Origin: Lepidodermella squamata | Taxonomy: Eukaryota > Animalia > Gastrotricha | Reading direction: 5' to 3' | Assembly: GCA_047495785.1 (NCBI GenBank) | Contig: JBLDXI010000001.1 | Span: forward strand, 4,278,001 to 4,342,000 | DNA length: 64,000 nt | Shown here: in pieces, positions 1 to 12,000 of the stretch | Position numbering within the stretch: position 1 is the stretch's first letter | How the letters are laid out: each line of letters starts with the position of its first letter | The notes under the pieces: generated by a model | The model's database searches: none | Seen by the model: only the letters and a program-made list of their open reading frames with translations | What the model was told of the DNA's origin: nothing | Position numbers and translations under genes: made by a program

Positions 1-3000
1 CATTTCCGTCGTTATGTTGACCTTGTCTTGTAGCGGCGCCTGGCCTGGGGCGAGGCGCGACTGTTGCCGGCTAAAAGCGGCGGCCGACGCTGAACAACTC
101 GGAAGTTGCGTCGACGACATTGCCCGCTTAGCCTCGGGAGAATCCTAGCAAATAAGAAAAATCAAATTTAAACCAGGGCATTTCAGGTTGGATTCGAAGC
201 ATCCAAATTCTGTAAAAATAACTTGAAGAACCAAAAATTTTAAGATAAATCTTAGATAATTTCCCATTGAAATCGGTCTGTTTTAGATTTTACGATTTTC
301 ATCAACTACCCAGTGAAACGAGGATACATCTTTTCTCGATCTGAGCTTAGCGAATCACGGCCAATCTGCTGTGGTGTACCCCGAGGTTTGTCGCTTTTAA
401 TTTTCTACGCTGCAGATGTGCAGCCGAAGGATTCGAGACCCAACGATGGCTCCCTTCGAGTTGAGAAAGGCACATTTGCCGATTAATTTTGAATCGAATA
501 TGTTTCGGGTAATTTTCTAATATGGAGTTATCTGTGAACGCTTATAATAGCCGCAACGGTTCAGAAGATAACTCTTTCCCGTGGATATATATAAATACGA
601 AGTAAAGCTGACCCATTAAAATCGCAAAAAAATTTCAACGCCCTTTTTAGGGTCAGGTTCCTATTTTAATTAGGATACTGGGCTGAAAAATCAAGTCGAA
701 GTTGTTGGTTATTTTATGCTTACCTTGTGAGCAGGCTGCGAGCCTTGAATAGCCAGCGGATTCTTCGGCAGCACGTCGTCGACCCAGCGCAGTTCGTCCT
801 GCGTGAACACGTAGTCGAGCAGTTTGCGAATAATCACCATTATCACGAGCTGGCGAGAAAAATTGGCAAAATTAATGATCGATCTAATTTTTTCATTCGA
901 CAAAAAAGTCCAAACAATTGCACCAATAAAATGTGGGTTTTACTTATACATCAAGCGTCTTGGCGCTCACTTTTCCGAATGTTATTTCAAATTTTTCCGC
1001 ACAAAATCAAACAATAAACGGAAAATCTCAAAATCTGCAAGTTTCTTGCTGTTTTCTTCAAAATAAAAGAGAAAAACTTCATTTCCCCAACAATTCCCTC
1101 ATAGATAATGAAAATTAGCATTTTTCAAAGGTAAATTTCTTATGAAAATTCCAATTTAAACAATTTGAAAAAAACAGTGTGAAATTTTTTCCGATTTTAC
1201 CGAAATTTTAGATTTGTCGATCGAAGCCCAAATTTTGCGCTTCGATAAATCACTAATATTTTATACAATTTCTGTTTAGCTGGAATATTTTCTTGTTTTG
1301 TTGTTTCTTACCATGAGCGGGAAGGCGATCGATATCTCTTTGATTTGCTTGATGATCCACAGGAAAGCGAACGACGCCAGCTGGATGGCGGTGAACAGGT
1401 GCACGCGCCACGTTTTCATGTGCCGCAGGTACGGCGAGTCCGGCTGGTACTTGACCGGCATGAACACGAGCATGATTCGATCGAAAAACTGCGAGCATTT
1501 GAGGGCGGAGACGCCCATGAACAGAAACACGCCGTACAGCACGGGCATGGGTATGTACTCGAGGATGCCCTTCAGCGGCACCGAACAGCCGATTAGCAGG
1601 AAAATGCAGAAGCCGGTCATGCGTTGCTCGCGGATGCCGAGGAATTTCGGCTGTTCGCCTGGTGCTGAGGTTTCGGATTGTTTCCGCAGCGAATTGACGT
1701 GGTTGATTGCGAGAACGGTGGCTGCGACGAAGTAGGGCAGGCCGAAGGTTGCGCAGAACATGATTTGCAGCGTTAGGACGAAAAAGTCCAAGTGATAGCC
1801 ATTGCCTTTCTGAAAATGAAAAAACGGATTTTTTATTGACAAAATATGAGAGTTTCATTGAATATACTTAATATTTCAAGCCTACAAGGTAAAAATAGCC
1901 GAGTTTTCAGCAAACCCCAGCCAAAATTAACCTAATAAAACCCGTCCCAGCCCTCTCATCAGAAAGGCAATTTTCTTCAAGCTGATTATACATTTGAATT
2001 ATTTAGGATTCAAAAGCTCCTAGTTTAGTCAATCGAAATGAACCAAATAACGCTTCTAAAATCTACCTATTAATTCAGCCGAATTTTTTTCATCGAGCAA
2101 GTCTAAAAAGCCAGTATGTTTTACAGTGGGTTTAAATCCTTTATCAAGTAAAAATTTCACAAAGAGAAATTTATTAAAATACGACTTTCGAATTGCGAGA
2201 GAATTTTATACTCAAATGAGAATACGAAAAAGCTTACACTTGCGAGTGAATGTTTCAATCCTTCAACATAAATTTTTTAAATATTTAAGACAAAAAATTT
2301 CACTTTTTCACGATCGAGACGATCAGAGTTGAACTATTTGAGATCTCATAGCCTAATTACTAGCATAGCCTAATACTTAATTAGAAAATTGAATTTTTCA
2401 CGATAATACTGAAATATCTTGCTTTCCAAGGGTGTAGACTACCACCAATTTTGGGGTTTTCACCAACATTCCGGGAAATTCAAATTTCACCACTAATTCC
2501 GAGTTTTCTACCATCAGATTAGAGTTTTCCCCAACGAAACGGAATTTGGGTACTTTTGCCAACAGAATGGAATTCTCTCCAAATCCAGCGGGTATTTTCG
2601 GATTTTTGGGGAGAGAATCCGTTTTGTTGGCAAACGTACCTAAATTAATGGCGGTTACCATTTCGTTGGCGAAAGCTCCAAATTGATGGTAGAAAACCCG
2701 GAATTTATGATGAAATTGGAATTTTCCGGTTTGTCGGTGACAATCCGGAAATTGATAGTTGAAAGCTATTTCCCCTTTTTCCCAATAATAATGACATTAC
2801 TCACCTTTAGTTTATGCTCACGCCTGTTGACAATAACTGCCGTAATTTGCTGATCCATAAACAGCAGAATCGACAGCAAAGTCGCCGGAGCAAGCGCAGC
2901 AAACACCGTCCAAACCGGATTCGCAAACGGCTGGACAACCCAGCCGCGGCCGTCCAGAGTCGGCGTGAATTTCTTCGGCACGCTCAGCTTCGGCGTATCG

Positions 3001-6000
3001 AGCCCGACAATCAAATCGAGCGCAACCATGATCATAATCGAAATGGAAACCGCAAAGTCTGAGACGATTTCGCGGACTCGATTCGGGAAAAACGGCGTGA
3101 ATCGGAAGGCCTTCAGAAACGTCGACAGGCCGAAAGTGCCGGCGAAAATCAGGCAGGAGAAGAAAAATACGTCCGGCTTCGGTTCCTTCAAATCGCAGCC
3201 TGGGCCGAATCTTGCGCATTGTTTGAAATCGCTGCAAATCGAAGCGTTCAGCTCGCGGCAATTTTCGGTTAGCGACACTGTGGAAAGCGTCGAGGGCGCG
3301 ACGGTGAAGCTGGAGGTAGCGGCGCTGAATGGCAGCGGCGATGAGGAATTGCTGATCGGGGCGTAGTCGCACCAGCAGGTTTTGTTGAGGCCGTCCCAAC
3401 CGGCGCTGATCGGATTCAGCTGGTAGATGCCGTAGATGGCGAGGAAAGCTTCGAAGATGAAAATTGTCGAGATTAGAGCGGCGAAGGATTCTTCGGTGAA
3501 ACGCGTGATGACCTGCAATTACACAGGATATAAAAAAATCACAAAAATACAATTTAATTTTCGGAAGTGGAAATTCGGCGTTTCAGCTATCAGAAAATTT
3601 AAATCCTGGTAAAAATGATTTCTTGCTTTTCCAGCAAATTTTTTTCAAATTTACACCTGATGAATTCGGAAGAGGAAATTAAATCTAATTTTTAGATTTT
3701 CGATTGAAATATCGGATTAAAGTATCTAACAAAAAATATGAAAAAGTGTCTAATACATTTTGCTAGCTCACATCAAGAATGTCCCAAGTTGACGCAATTT
3801 CGAAATTTTCAGCTAAAAATTACTGATATATTAAGGAAATGTGCTACAAGATGGCCTATCCTAGAAAATATACAGAATTAATTGCATGCACTCATCTTTC
3901 CACTTTGTGTTCAATCGCGAAATTCCCTCTTAAATACGCGAGTCGAAGTGAAGCCGCCTTCAATTTCAATACTTCGGCAATTCCAGCTCTATTCTCAAAC
4001 AATTATCCTTTCTCGCGTCATTTTTACGGGGCAGCGGGGCTCATTTGAACGTTAATTTTATATTAATTTATTTCATTTCTTTTACACCAGAAGGTAAAAC
4101 CGGGGTAAGATCGCTTAGTAAACAAGGAGCCATTGTTTTTTCATTCATCACCGATGCGAACGGGTATTCGCAGCTGAAATGCCGAGTGACGGCCGAACTG
4201 CGTCAGAAAAAACGACGTCATTCAACGGCAGATGTTTAAATCACAAGATTGAAAGATGGAAAACAAATCTACTCCGTCATCAAGCTATTAAATATCGCCA
4301 TCGCAGCCTAGCGCCTTCATTATTTTGTTTCGATTTTAATACAACTAATTTCACTCAATTCAATGGCCACCACTGGCAATATCGCGATTTTCTTGGTTTT
4401 CGCCGTTGTGCTGGCTAGTGCAGCCGCCCAAATTCCGAAGGGCTACCAACGCGCACCAGGCGGCTGTGACGGATTTATGGGCACTTCAACAGCCAAGAAC
4501 ATAGACGCATGTAACACGCTGTGCAAGCAAAAGGGCTGCCGCGGTTTTCTATTCTCAGGAAGCTCCTGTTCGCTCTACTCGATGTGCAGCAGCTACATTC
4601 TGAACAAACGACAGCTCCCTTTCTTGAGAAAAAGCAGCTAAATTTGAATATTTGAGCGACGCGTAGCTGAGAATTTCACAGAGTGCAGTTGAGGATTTTT
4701 TCGTGAGATGATTGGTGGAAATGGATTTACTGCTAAATAAATCAGTTGCATTTCAGGCAACGCATTGTAACTTTTTATCACGTCTTCGAATTCGTAGCAC
4801 AAATAAGTTTGAAGCTCATACCTATGCCGTGCATGTCATACATGAGCGCGCATTGACGCGATTCCACTATGGCTGGGTCTAAGCCATGGCCGGAATCAGG
4901 CTTCCCAGGTGGTGGCAATTGCAAGGTGTGATTCGTCCATGGAGCGTGCCCACCGCGAGATCGCGAGGTTTTAAACCTGCACGATCTGTCATTGGCTGAA
5001 ATTCTCTGATAGACTACGACACGTGCATTAGCATTAGAGCGACCACATTCCGAGATTATCGTAAAATGAAAGGGTCAAATAATTGATGATTGAGATTTTT
5101 CGGTGGTTTCCGCACATTTCTCGACTATGAATATTCTTTTATCTATATAAATCTATAAGCCATTGCAGCTGATCGCAGCCGCAATATCAAATGACAACGG
5201 CGATATATGATATTTACTGAAAGTATGGCATTATTAAGAACGACTTTATTCATACTTCATTCAATTTTATGACCCATTATGATTTAATCATGCTTCTGAA
5301 GAAGTTAGAACTTGACGAGAACTTGTATGAGCATTTAGGGTCTATTTCACCGCCCTGAAAATAAATGTTTTTGCATTGTGAAATTCCATTTTTATTTAAT
5401 TTTGGGGTCGAAAAACTCGAGCCAAAAGCATCATATTTCCAGGATCTGGTTATTAGAACTTTCGTCCGAAAATTCATTTTTTGCCCGTGTCGCCCACCAC
5501 CCCCGACACGTTCGGAGAGGCTGAAAAAATCGTGTGGCGCCACGTGCATCGCAACTTAATTCCGTTGTCCGTCTCATTTGGGCACCATCCACCCGTAAGA
5601 CAACCCAGAAGCCGCCCAAATCACGGCTTAAAAATTCGTCAGAAGTGCGTCAGAAGTGCATCGGAGCGCATCGACAGAGAAATTGGAGGGTGCCTAATAC
5701 CGGGTGGTGCCCGTTTGGCAAGAATTAAGACGCGAAAAAACAGCTTGGCAGAATTTTAACAAGTGTGTCGATCGTATTTCACTATTTTTTATATAATTGT
5801 TAAGGCGGTGAAATAGACCCAAAGACTCTACTTCTGACCCTCCTTTAGCCGAATCATCCAGAAAATTAGGGTTTTCAAAATGTTTCCAAAATTGCTCTAC
5901 TTCGTTTGTAACGAACTTTGCTTATAGCGAACATTCTTATGATGTGGCACCGTAGTGGTTCGTTATAACGAAAGTGCTTTGTATTAGATTATTGTATTAA

Positions 6001-9000
6001 ACCGAAAATTACCGAACCAGTTACCGTCGGGGTTATCAGGGTAAAATCGTTGATGAAGGATGGAAGATTCCCCCAGTGGGCTGAATTTATTTAAAAATGT
6101 CGCGAAATACACAATGGTTCTGCAACTTGTGGGACACGCTGTAGTTATTATCACAACTCCGCTTGTGGCTGAGGTGCAGCCACTGCAGGAATAGCGTTAG
6201 AATTTTGTTGCCAAGGAAGCTATTTCATGCACTAATTATCATTATAAACAATTCTTGATTTGTAGAAAAAATAGCGAGGGATTGGAATTATCGAGGGAGC
6301 ACTGTATGAGAGCACTTGCCTTCGGAATACATTGCTCTCGTCAAATTTATGATACATTTCAAATGATTCAAGAGGTGCTAGGCATGCAGCCAACACGCAT
6401 GAATATTGTAAGTGCAATAACTCTCATAAGAAAAGTTGACACGACTTCTTCCGATATTTATTTGATTTATTGAGAAGCGAACCCTTCACCAAAATCATCT
6501 TGCGAATAACTCTTCAATCCTCAACTCTCCGCTGCGCATCGTCGTGGCAACCAAATATTCCAATTCAGTTGCTCTTTCTCAAGAAATCGGTGCCTCGCCA
6601 GTTCCGAATGTCCATACCGCACTTCGAGTAGAGTGAACAGAAGACGGCCGAGAACCGGAAACCTTGGCAGCTTTTTTTGCTGCACAACGTGTTACACGCG
6701 TCCAAAGTCGTGGATGCTGAAATGCCGAGGAGTCCTTCACAGCCGCCGACGCGTTCGTAGCCTTTAGGAATTTCGGTGGCTAGTGTACTAGCCAGCATAA
6801 CAGCGAAAGCCAAGAAAATCGCGATATTGCCAGTGGTTGCCATTTAATTGAGTTATGTCAATTCAACTTGAATTTTAAAATTGAAACGAAATAATGAAGG
6901 AGCTAAGCTGCGATGGCGATATATAAAAGCTTATGGGACACGCATTTTCTCGACTTTCTGACGTATGATTTGAACATCTGCCGTGAAATGACGTCAATTC
7001 TTGTATTTTGGCCCGCACTCAACATGACAGCTGAAGACACCCGGACACATCGTAAATTATGGATGAAATAAACAATGGTCTTTTCAACACTGGGCGCATT
7101 TTTACCCGGCGTACAAAATAAAACGAATATCAAATTGATGTTCATATGACGGAGCCACCGGGCATAAAATTGACAGAGAAAGGGCTCGAGTCGATTACCC
7201 CGGGTTAATACAGGACAAACCGATGAGTGTTGAAAAGACCATTGTTTTTTCATTCGTCATTTAACATGTGACCGGGTCTCTCTTCAGCCGTAATGTTAGT
7301 GAGGGCCAAAATTCAAGAAATTACGTCATTTCACGGCAGATGTTCAAATCATACGACGAGAAAAATGCGTGTTCCATAAGCTTTTAAATATCGCCATTAC
7401 AGCTTGGCTAGTTCATTGTTTCATTTCAATTGTAAATTTCAGTTCAAGTTACTTCACTCAATTCAATGGCAACCACTGGCAATATCGCGATTTTCTTGGC
7501 TTTCGCTGTTGTGCTGGCTACTGTAGAAGCCCAACTTGTGAAGCGTGTCGATGAAGTACAAGGCGGCTGTGAAGGAGTCCAAACCTTTCCAGGAAAGACC
7601 TTGCGCACTTGTGTCAATTTATGCGATCAAAAACGCTGCCAAGCTTTCCGCTTGAAAGCCGGCGCCTGTTCGCTCTACTCCAGGTGCAGCAAGTTCATTC
7701 CGAACAAGTCAGGTGAGCCTTTCTTCAGAGCCATATTCTGAGCTAAATTGGAATATTTGGGTGCAATGGCGATGCGCAGCGGAGTGTTCCATATCAGTGA
7801 GAAGTTGACGATTGGTTCACAAGATGATTGTGGAAAATGGGTTTTCTGCTAAATAAATCAGTTGCACTTCAGGCCAAAAAGTGTTTTGTTACTTAGGTAT
7901 ATCACCTTTACTTATCCATTGCTCATTCATGTTGATCAGTGGTGCAATATAGGCCTCATTTTAATCTTGAAAATCACGAATGATAGTGAAGCTGCTCTCT
8001 AACGATCCTTAATTCATAGTGCTAAATTTTGTAAATTATGAAAATCGAAAAATCAGAAATAACAGGCAAATGAAAATAAACAATGGTCTTTTCAACACCA
8101 GTGTAAAAAATGAAATGAATGCCTATCAAATTAATGTTCGAACGACGGAGCTACACAGCGTAAAAATGACGGAGAAAAGGCTTGAGTAAATTCGATTAAT
8201 GTATTATGCATCCGATCCCATATCAGTACCAAACTCATGAACAGATGTGAACAGCTATTTGACAAAAATCGTATTTCCACTCTAATCTATCTTTCATTGA
8301 TGTACAAGTTCGATTAATTCTTTACTATCAATCAATGTATTCTACCGTCTGTTTCCATCAACAAAACCGAGGTTGGCAACAAATCTTGATTTGTAAAATT
8401 ATTATTTCAACAATCGGCTTTGGTAATTTTGGTAATTTTCAAGGTTAAGGGGATTGAGGAAATATTTTTTTACCTGAACAAGAGCGCTGAGATCGAAAGC
8501 TACCAACAGCATCATAATAGCCGCCGTCCACATGCCGATCCAAAATCGGAAGGTCAAATAATTCAGCTCATTATCAACAGAAAACGAGTACAAAATCTTC
8601 TCAAAAACCAAAACCGGCCCAGTCGATCCGATGATAGTCAACGGCTGCCCAGCGAATAAATGATAAGTCGTGCCGCAAACCGCGCCGGTTAAAATCGACT
8701 CAAACGCCGCCATATTGTTGCCGGTCGCCATGCCCAACAGCCCGCCAAACGTCACAATAGGCGACAGACACGCGAAGAACAGAAAAATAGTCGACGCCAA
8801 ACACTGAATATGCATCGCATCTTTGATGTCCGACAAATAAAACGGCGTTTTCCGCTTGATATCCGCGATTAAACCGCCGAAAATGCGCCCGGTCCGCTGC
8901 AGGGTCGGGTCCAACTCGTGCTCACCGCCCTCTTCTTCGTCGTTTTCGAGCTGCTTCTTCAAAATCAGCTCATTCAACGCAGCATTCGACTGATTCTCCG

Positions 9001-12000
9001 GCAGTTTCGGGTCGCCGCTTGACTCACCCTGCGAATTTGCGGTCATGACTAACCCGCCCAATTTCGCACTCGAGGCGACTCGTTCCATCGTCGCTGTATC
9101 CCCCTGCTCCTCGGCGATTTGATTCAACGCGTTCAGTTTTCGCTCCTCCTGCGTTGGCACGGATTTAGGCGGCTGGATGCGGATAGTCGGGTCCCACTCG
9201 CCCGGCGGTAGGATCGTGACTTCGTCCAGGAACTCGTCCAGCCCAGCTAGAACGTCCGCCCTATCCCGCGCGCGATAGGCCACGTCGCGGAAAATGTCGT
9301 CCGACATGATGGTCGCCATAGCGCGGCCGATTTCGTGGAAGTCTTTCGCGCGAACTGACGGGCCGAGCATGACGAAGACGAAGCGCGTTGGCACGGCGAC
9401 TTCGGTTAAATCGTCGAGGATGATGGTGTTAGACAAGCGGATGAACGCTGACACGGCGTGGTTCAAATACTCAACCGCGCCGACCATTGTCGAGGACGCC
9501 TCAGTTCCAGGGGCGAGTTTCTTCGCAAAATGCTCGTTCGGCTAAATGAATGAAAAAAAATTCAATAAAATTTTCAAAAATCAAACATCAAAAATTAAAT
9601 GACCAGGTGATGAAACTAAAATTGAGAAGCAGTTTCTCGAAAAACGTGAAAATAATTTTTGGAATATTTGCAATCAATGATCATATAAGTGAAACAAAAG
9701 TGAGTGATAAGCCCGTCTACGAGATATAGCTGTTTATTTAGGTACCCGAACGTGGACGGAATTCGTACTGCCAGCACATGGGCCTTTCGTATATAATCTG
9801 TTTTGGGACTTTGGAAGGACATCGAAGCATAATTAGAACATGATTGATAAAGCACACAGATTTCGTGGAACCACAAAAGCTAAAAAAAATGGTCGAAGCA
9901 CGCGACTGGGTAGATTTTCTTGAAATTTTGAAAAATCTTCGAAAAAAGCTAATCGAACACGGGAATTTAGGATTTTCTTTTTCTCAGGAGAAAATTTACT
10001 CATATGCATGCTTTGACCATTTTTTGAGGAGTTGATAGTTCCACTAAGCATTTGAAATGGACAATAGGCCTAGTCTCTCACAATTTTCTCGAAACTTTCA
10101 AATTTCTCAACAAATTTCAATTTTCAACTTTGAAATGAAAAATTTAGGAAATTGAAATAAGACAAAAAATTACCTTGTGACATGAAGTGCTTTCAGCCGC
10201 GCCAAGCTGGACTAGCGAGGGCACTGATGGCACAGACAGACCGCCAGCACCCCCAAAACTGCTCGCAACTTGCGACGACGGATTCAGGCCTGATGAAATT
10301 TGCGCCTTATCCGCATTGTCTTCTGTAAAGGAAAAAATACAAAATTAGACTGAAATTTTTATCACTCTGGCAACCACTCAAAATACAACAGAATGAATAA
10401 TACAAACCGGCAATTGATAAAATTTGAAATTCGTGAAAACTGAATAATTCTAAAAAGCGGCCTTGTTGCTTGATAGCGATTATACTGAAATAACTATAAG
10501 CGCTAAGCAAAATTTAATCGGAGCTTCACGCGCTTAAAATTCGTTTCTCTCATACTGGCATTATATTCGAACCTGGAATGTTCATGCAAACGGCTATTGA
10601 ATGTGATCGGTCGCGATCACTGCCCGACACGCTCGATCGGATACCTTTTTATACGCATTTTATACGATGAAATGTAGATAACAGCGATTGCTTCAGGAAA
10701 GGATAATATCTTTTTTGAAGTTTATTTTGAAATTAAATTAGAGTCAAAGACCACAGCTGCTCTGAATTCAGGAAATATCGAGTTTTATCTTCGAAAAAGC
10801 TCTTCGATGAAGACTTGCGAATAGATGGATATTGGACTCTCGCGCGAAAATTGCAAACGAAAGTTGCAAATTTACAAATCTGATATTGTCTGGTTTAAAT
10901 CCTTTCCGATAATCAAATTCATTCGAATTATAAACGCCAAATCTCGATTAAACAATTTTGGTTAGTTTCGGCATCAACTTCAAGGCTTGGTCCACGTTTT
11001 ACGTCAGATTAAAAATTGACCTAAACATGTTTCTCGATCATATGGACACTTTGGGTTTGGTCGGCGTTGGAAGTGACATTGAATGACCCAAAGCAAAACA
11101 AAAGAACACCTATCTACAAGAACTATCAGTGCATTCAGCTAACCATTAAGAACGAAACCATGACATGTAACGAGAAAAGTCAATCTTCATATATAAAAAA
11201 CTCCACGAAAATGCATTATTCATCTACTGACTTTTCTAAGGTGCAGTTGAAATTTCAGTGTTGAATTAGATTTTCTAGTAATTTTCTAAAATATGCAAGC
11301 TTAACGCCTCACCTTGAAGGACAGGCAGAGCTCCGCCTGAGTTAGTTGAATGCGTAGCTATTTCACAACAATGCAGTTAAAAACCCAGAATTTTCCGGAA
11401 AAATAGCTAATGACGCATGCAAGCTTGAAATCGAGGTTAGAGATGAAAAAATATCAAATTAAGCCAGAGTTTTTCGAACTCAGCAAACAATTAGTTATAT
11501 TCAATTTTTTGAACTTTTCAATTCAAATTTGAATTTTCAAAATTACCTTCATCCATGCGTCGAGACGAAAATTTCTTGCCAATCTCCGACAATCCGCGTT
11601 TAATCGGCCCCTGGGCGTGTTCGTGCTGGTGGATGTGTTTAGCCATCAGCGTATTGATAACTTCTTCCCTGAGGGTCGCCTCCAGCTGATTGTGGCCGAT
11701 GAGAGCGTCGACTAGCAGGCCGACTAGTTCTGGGTAGTTGCGTGGTTCGATGTCGAGCAGCACGACGCCGAATGAAAGACACTGCCGTAGTTCGAACAGG
11801 GCGTGCAAAGCGAGCGTGGCGACAAATGGCTTCGACCACCGCCCGCCGCCTTCCTCCACATCTTCTTCGAATCGCACCTTTAACAGAAAAACGACATTTT
11901 AATAGAGCTATTATTAATGTTTCATTTTTTTCTTCGACTTATGATCACAGGGGCCTTGCTTTATTTAGCTAATAGTTCCTTGCAAAATCAAATCTTCAAC

